Assembly (NCBI GenBank): GCA_038087875.1 | Contig: CM075989.1 | Location: 124,001-188,000 of the forward strand | DNA: 64,000 nt | Reading direction: 5' to 3' | Source of the DNA: Malacoraja senta | Taxonomy: Eukaryota | Shown here: positions 61,854 through 64,000 of the stretch, in pieces | Layout of the letters: each line of letters begins with the position of its first letter | How positions within the stretch are numbered: the stretch's first letter is position 1 | The notes under the pieces: generated by a model | What the model was told of the DNA's origin: nothing | Seen by the model: only the letters and a program-made list of their open reading frames with translations | The model's database searches: none | Program-made: the position numbers and the translations under genes

Positions 61854-62088
61854 GGGAAGGGGTGGAGGTGGAGAAGAGAAGTCAGTCAAGGTGTTGCTGT
61901 CCCGTCAGGTTGTGGTTGCGTGCCGTCTCCCATAGGGTGTCACCCTCCCCTCCGGGTTTGTGGGGGCTGGCGTACCCTGGTGTGAAAGACTGGAGGGGGC
62001 AAGGGGCAATGGCATCTTTCCAATTGAGAGAATGTAAGTTCTCAACAGCCACTGGACAAGGCGAGAGGTCACCGGCCCACCGGGAATG

Positions 62089-62218
62089 CCCCCCCCCACA
62101 CCCCCCACCCACACCCCACATCCCCCATCCCCCCCCCCCACACCCCCACACCCCCCACACCCCCACAACCCCCCCCCACACCCCCCCACCCACACCCCAC
62201 ACCCCCACACCCCCACAC
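62089..62218. repeat. C-rich (CCCCACA)n expansion
   Basis: Only ~20 bp at the paralogous site 42328-42347. Confidence 0.85.
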
Positions 62219-63790
62219 CGGGAGCCGGAGCAGAGCCAGCGCCTCCGCCCCGCGCAGACAGCAAGTAGTATTGCGTAGGCTAATGGGACTGAAGGATGAT
62301 AAATCCCCTGGGCCTGATGGTTTGCATCCCAGGGTCCTCGTGGAGGTGGCTCTAGAAATAGTGGACGCATTGGTGATCATTTACCAATGTTCACTTGATT
62401 CAGGATCAGTTCCTGTGGATTGGAGGATAGCTAATGTTATCCCACTTTTAAGAAAGGATCGAGTAAGAAAACGAGGAATTACAGACCAGTTAGCCTGACT
62501 TCGGTGGTGGTAAAGATGCTGGAGTCAATTATTAAAGAGATATTTATGGGACATTTGGATAGCAGTAAAAGGATTAATCCAATTCAGCATGGATTTATGA
62601 AAGGGAAATCATGCTTGACTAATCGTCTGGAATTTTTTGAGGATATGACAAGTAAAACGGATGAAGGGTATATAATGTATCCAGACGTTCAGAAAGCCTT
62701 TGATAAGGTCCCGCACGGGAGACTGGTGACTAAAATTAGAGCACCTGGTATTGGGGGTAGGGTGTTTGGGGCCGCAACTGTTTACCATATATATTAATGA
62801 TTTGGAAGAGGGAATTAGGAGCAACACTGGCAAGTTTGCGGATGACACAAAGCTGGGTGGCAGTGTGAACTGTGAAGTGGATATTAGGAGGTTGCAGGGT
62901 GACCTGGACAGGTTGAGTGAGTGGGCAGATGCGTGGCAGATGCAGTATAATATAGATAAATGTGAGGTTATCCACTTTGGCGGCAAAAACAAGGGGGCAG
63001 ATTATTATCTCAATGGGGTCAGGTTAGGTAAGGGGAAGGAACAGCGAGACCTGGGTGTCCTTGTACACCAGTCACTGAAAGTTGGCGTGCAGGTACAGCA
63101 GGCAGTGAAGAAAGCTAATGGAATGTTGGCCTTCATAACAAGAGGATTTCAGTATAGGAGTAAAGAGGTTCTTCTGCAGTTGTATAGGGCTCCGGTAAGA
63201 CCACATCTGGAGTATTGTGTACAGTTTTGGTCTCCTAATTTGAGGAAGAACATCCTTGTGATTAAATGGCCTGTCCCACGGGTAGGCGACTCCATGCGGC
63301 AAGCGCAACCTAACCGGAAGCGGTGGCCGCGCGGAGGCCGAGTGATCACCGTACGGCCTGTCCCACGGGCATGCGATTCCATGCGGCGAGCGCAACCTTA
63401 CCGGAAGCGGGGGCTGCGCGAACGTCCAGTTCGAGCGGTCCGTTGGAAGCTCGAGCGGTTTTTATGTAGGTGAACACGGGTAGGTGATGTTTAGGTTTTT
63501 ATGTAGGTGAACACAGGTAGGTGATGTTTCGAGTCGAGACCCTTCCTCAGACCATAGAAGACTGCAGAAGACTTCAGTCCGAAGAAGGTGTCTCGACCAG
63601 AAACACCACCTGTCCACAGAAGCTGCCTGATCTACTGAGTTACTCCAGCATGTTTGGTGTGTCCATCATCGGTGTAAATGGGCATCTGCAGTTCCTTCCT
63701 TCACAACAATTCCAGAGTTGACGGAGATGGTGCACGTGGCGTCGAGGCGGTGCGCGCAGCATTTTTGTGTACCTTCGATTTTCCAGCATC

Positions 63791-63998
63791 TGCAGTTCCT
63801 TCTTTAACAACAACCTAATTTTAGTCGTGGCCGGTTTTGAATTTTTTGAAATAATCGCCGGAACATAGAAGAAGCGAAAACCAGTTTCGACCATTAGCGA
63901 GACTGGCAAAAACCTCTGGGAACCGCACGGAAACCTTGGGTGGGGCGCAAAGGCTCCAGAGGTTTCCATTCAGGTTTCTGAAGTGGGACAGGGGCATT
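63791..63998 (+). mobile_element. Right end of a Harbinger-like non-autonomous element
   Basis: Matches 28874-29061; ends AAGTGGGACAGGGGCATT. Confidence 0.65.
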
Positions 63999-64000
63999 AG

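Larger units (their letters stand above)
52845..63760 (+). repeat. Segmental duplication, copy B (CR1 5' end, Penelope 53503-55077, hAT 55736-57819, TCTA 57870-58147, RTE, CR1, ZFP36 pseudogene, CR1, MITE half)
   Basis: Colinear with 33520-43892. Confidence 0.95.

Overview
Eukaryotic, almost entirely repeat-derived DNA. The HE1-like V-SINE and HER1-like CR1 tails suggest a cartilaginous fish such as a skate or ray (inference). No intact host gene, tRNA, rRNA or CRISPR array is visible. The window is a stack of nested mobile elements: many CR1 LINEs (one nearly full length with an intact esterase ORF1), Rex1/Babar, RTE, L1 and Vingi-like LINEs, Penelope elements with hammerhead-ribozyme motifs, a nearly complete DIRS tyrosine-recombinase retrotransposon (ITRs, ICR, gag, RT-RNaseH, Dam-like methyltransferase, YR), a satellite-laden Helitron with a Pif1 helicase remnant, hAT remnants and PIF/Harbinger-type MITEs. 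A ~10.4-10.9 kb block is duplicated directly (33520-43892 = 52845-63760), and parts of it recur a third time at the start of the window. The block carries a dead ZFP36/tristetraprolin-family gene, split at the end of zinc finger 1 by a Penelope insertion with a 15-bp TSD. Upstream of it lies a non-repeat island with tandem octamers, a TATA box, a U6-like SPH motif and a T-run. Element boundaries were read by eye and are approximate unless a TSD is given.
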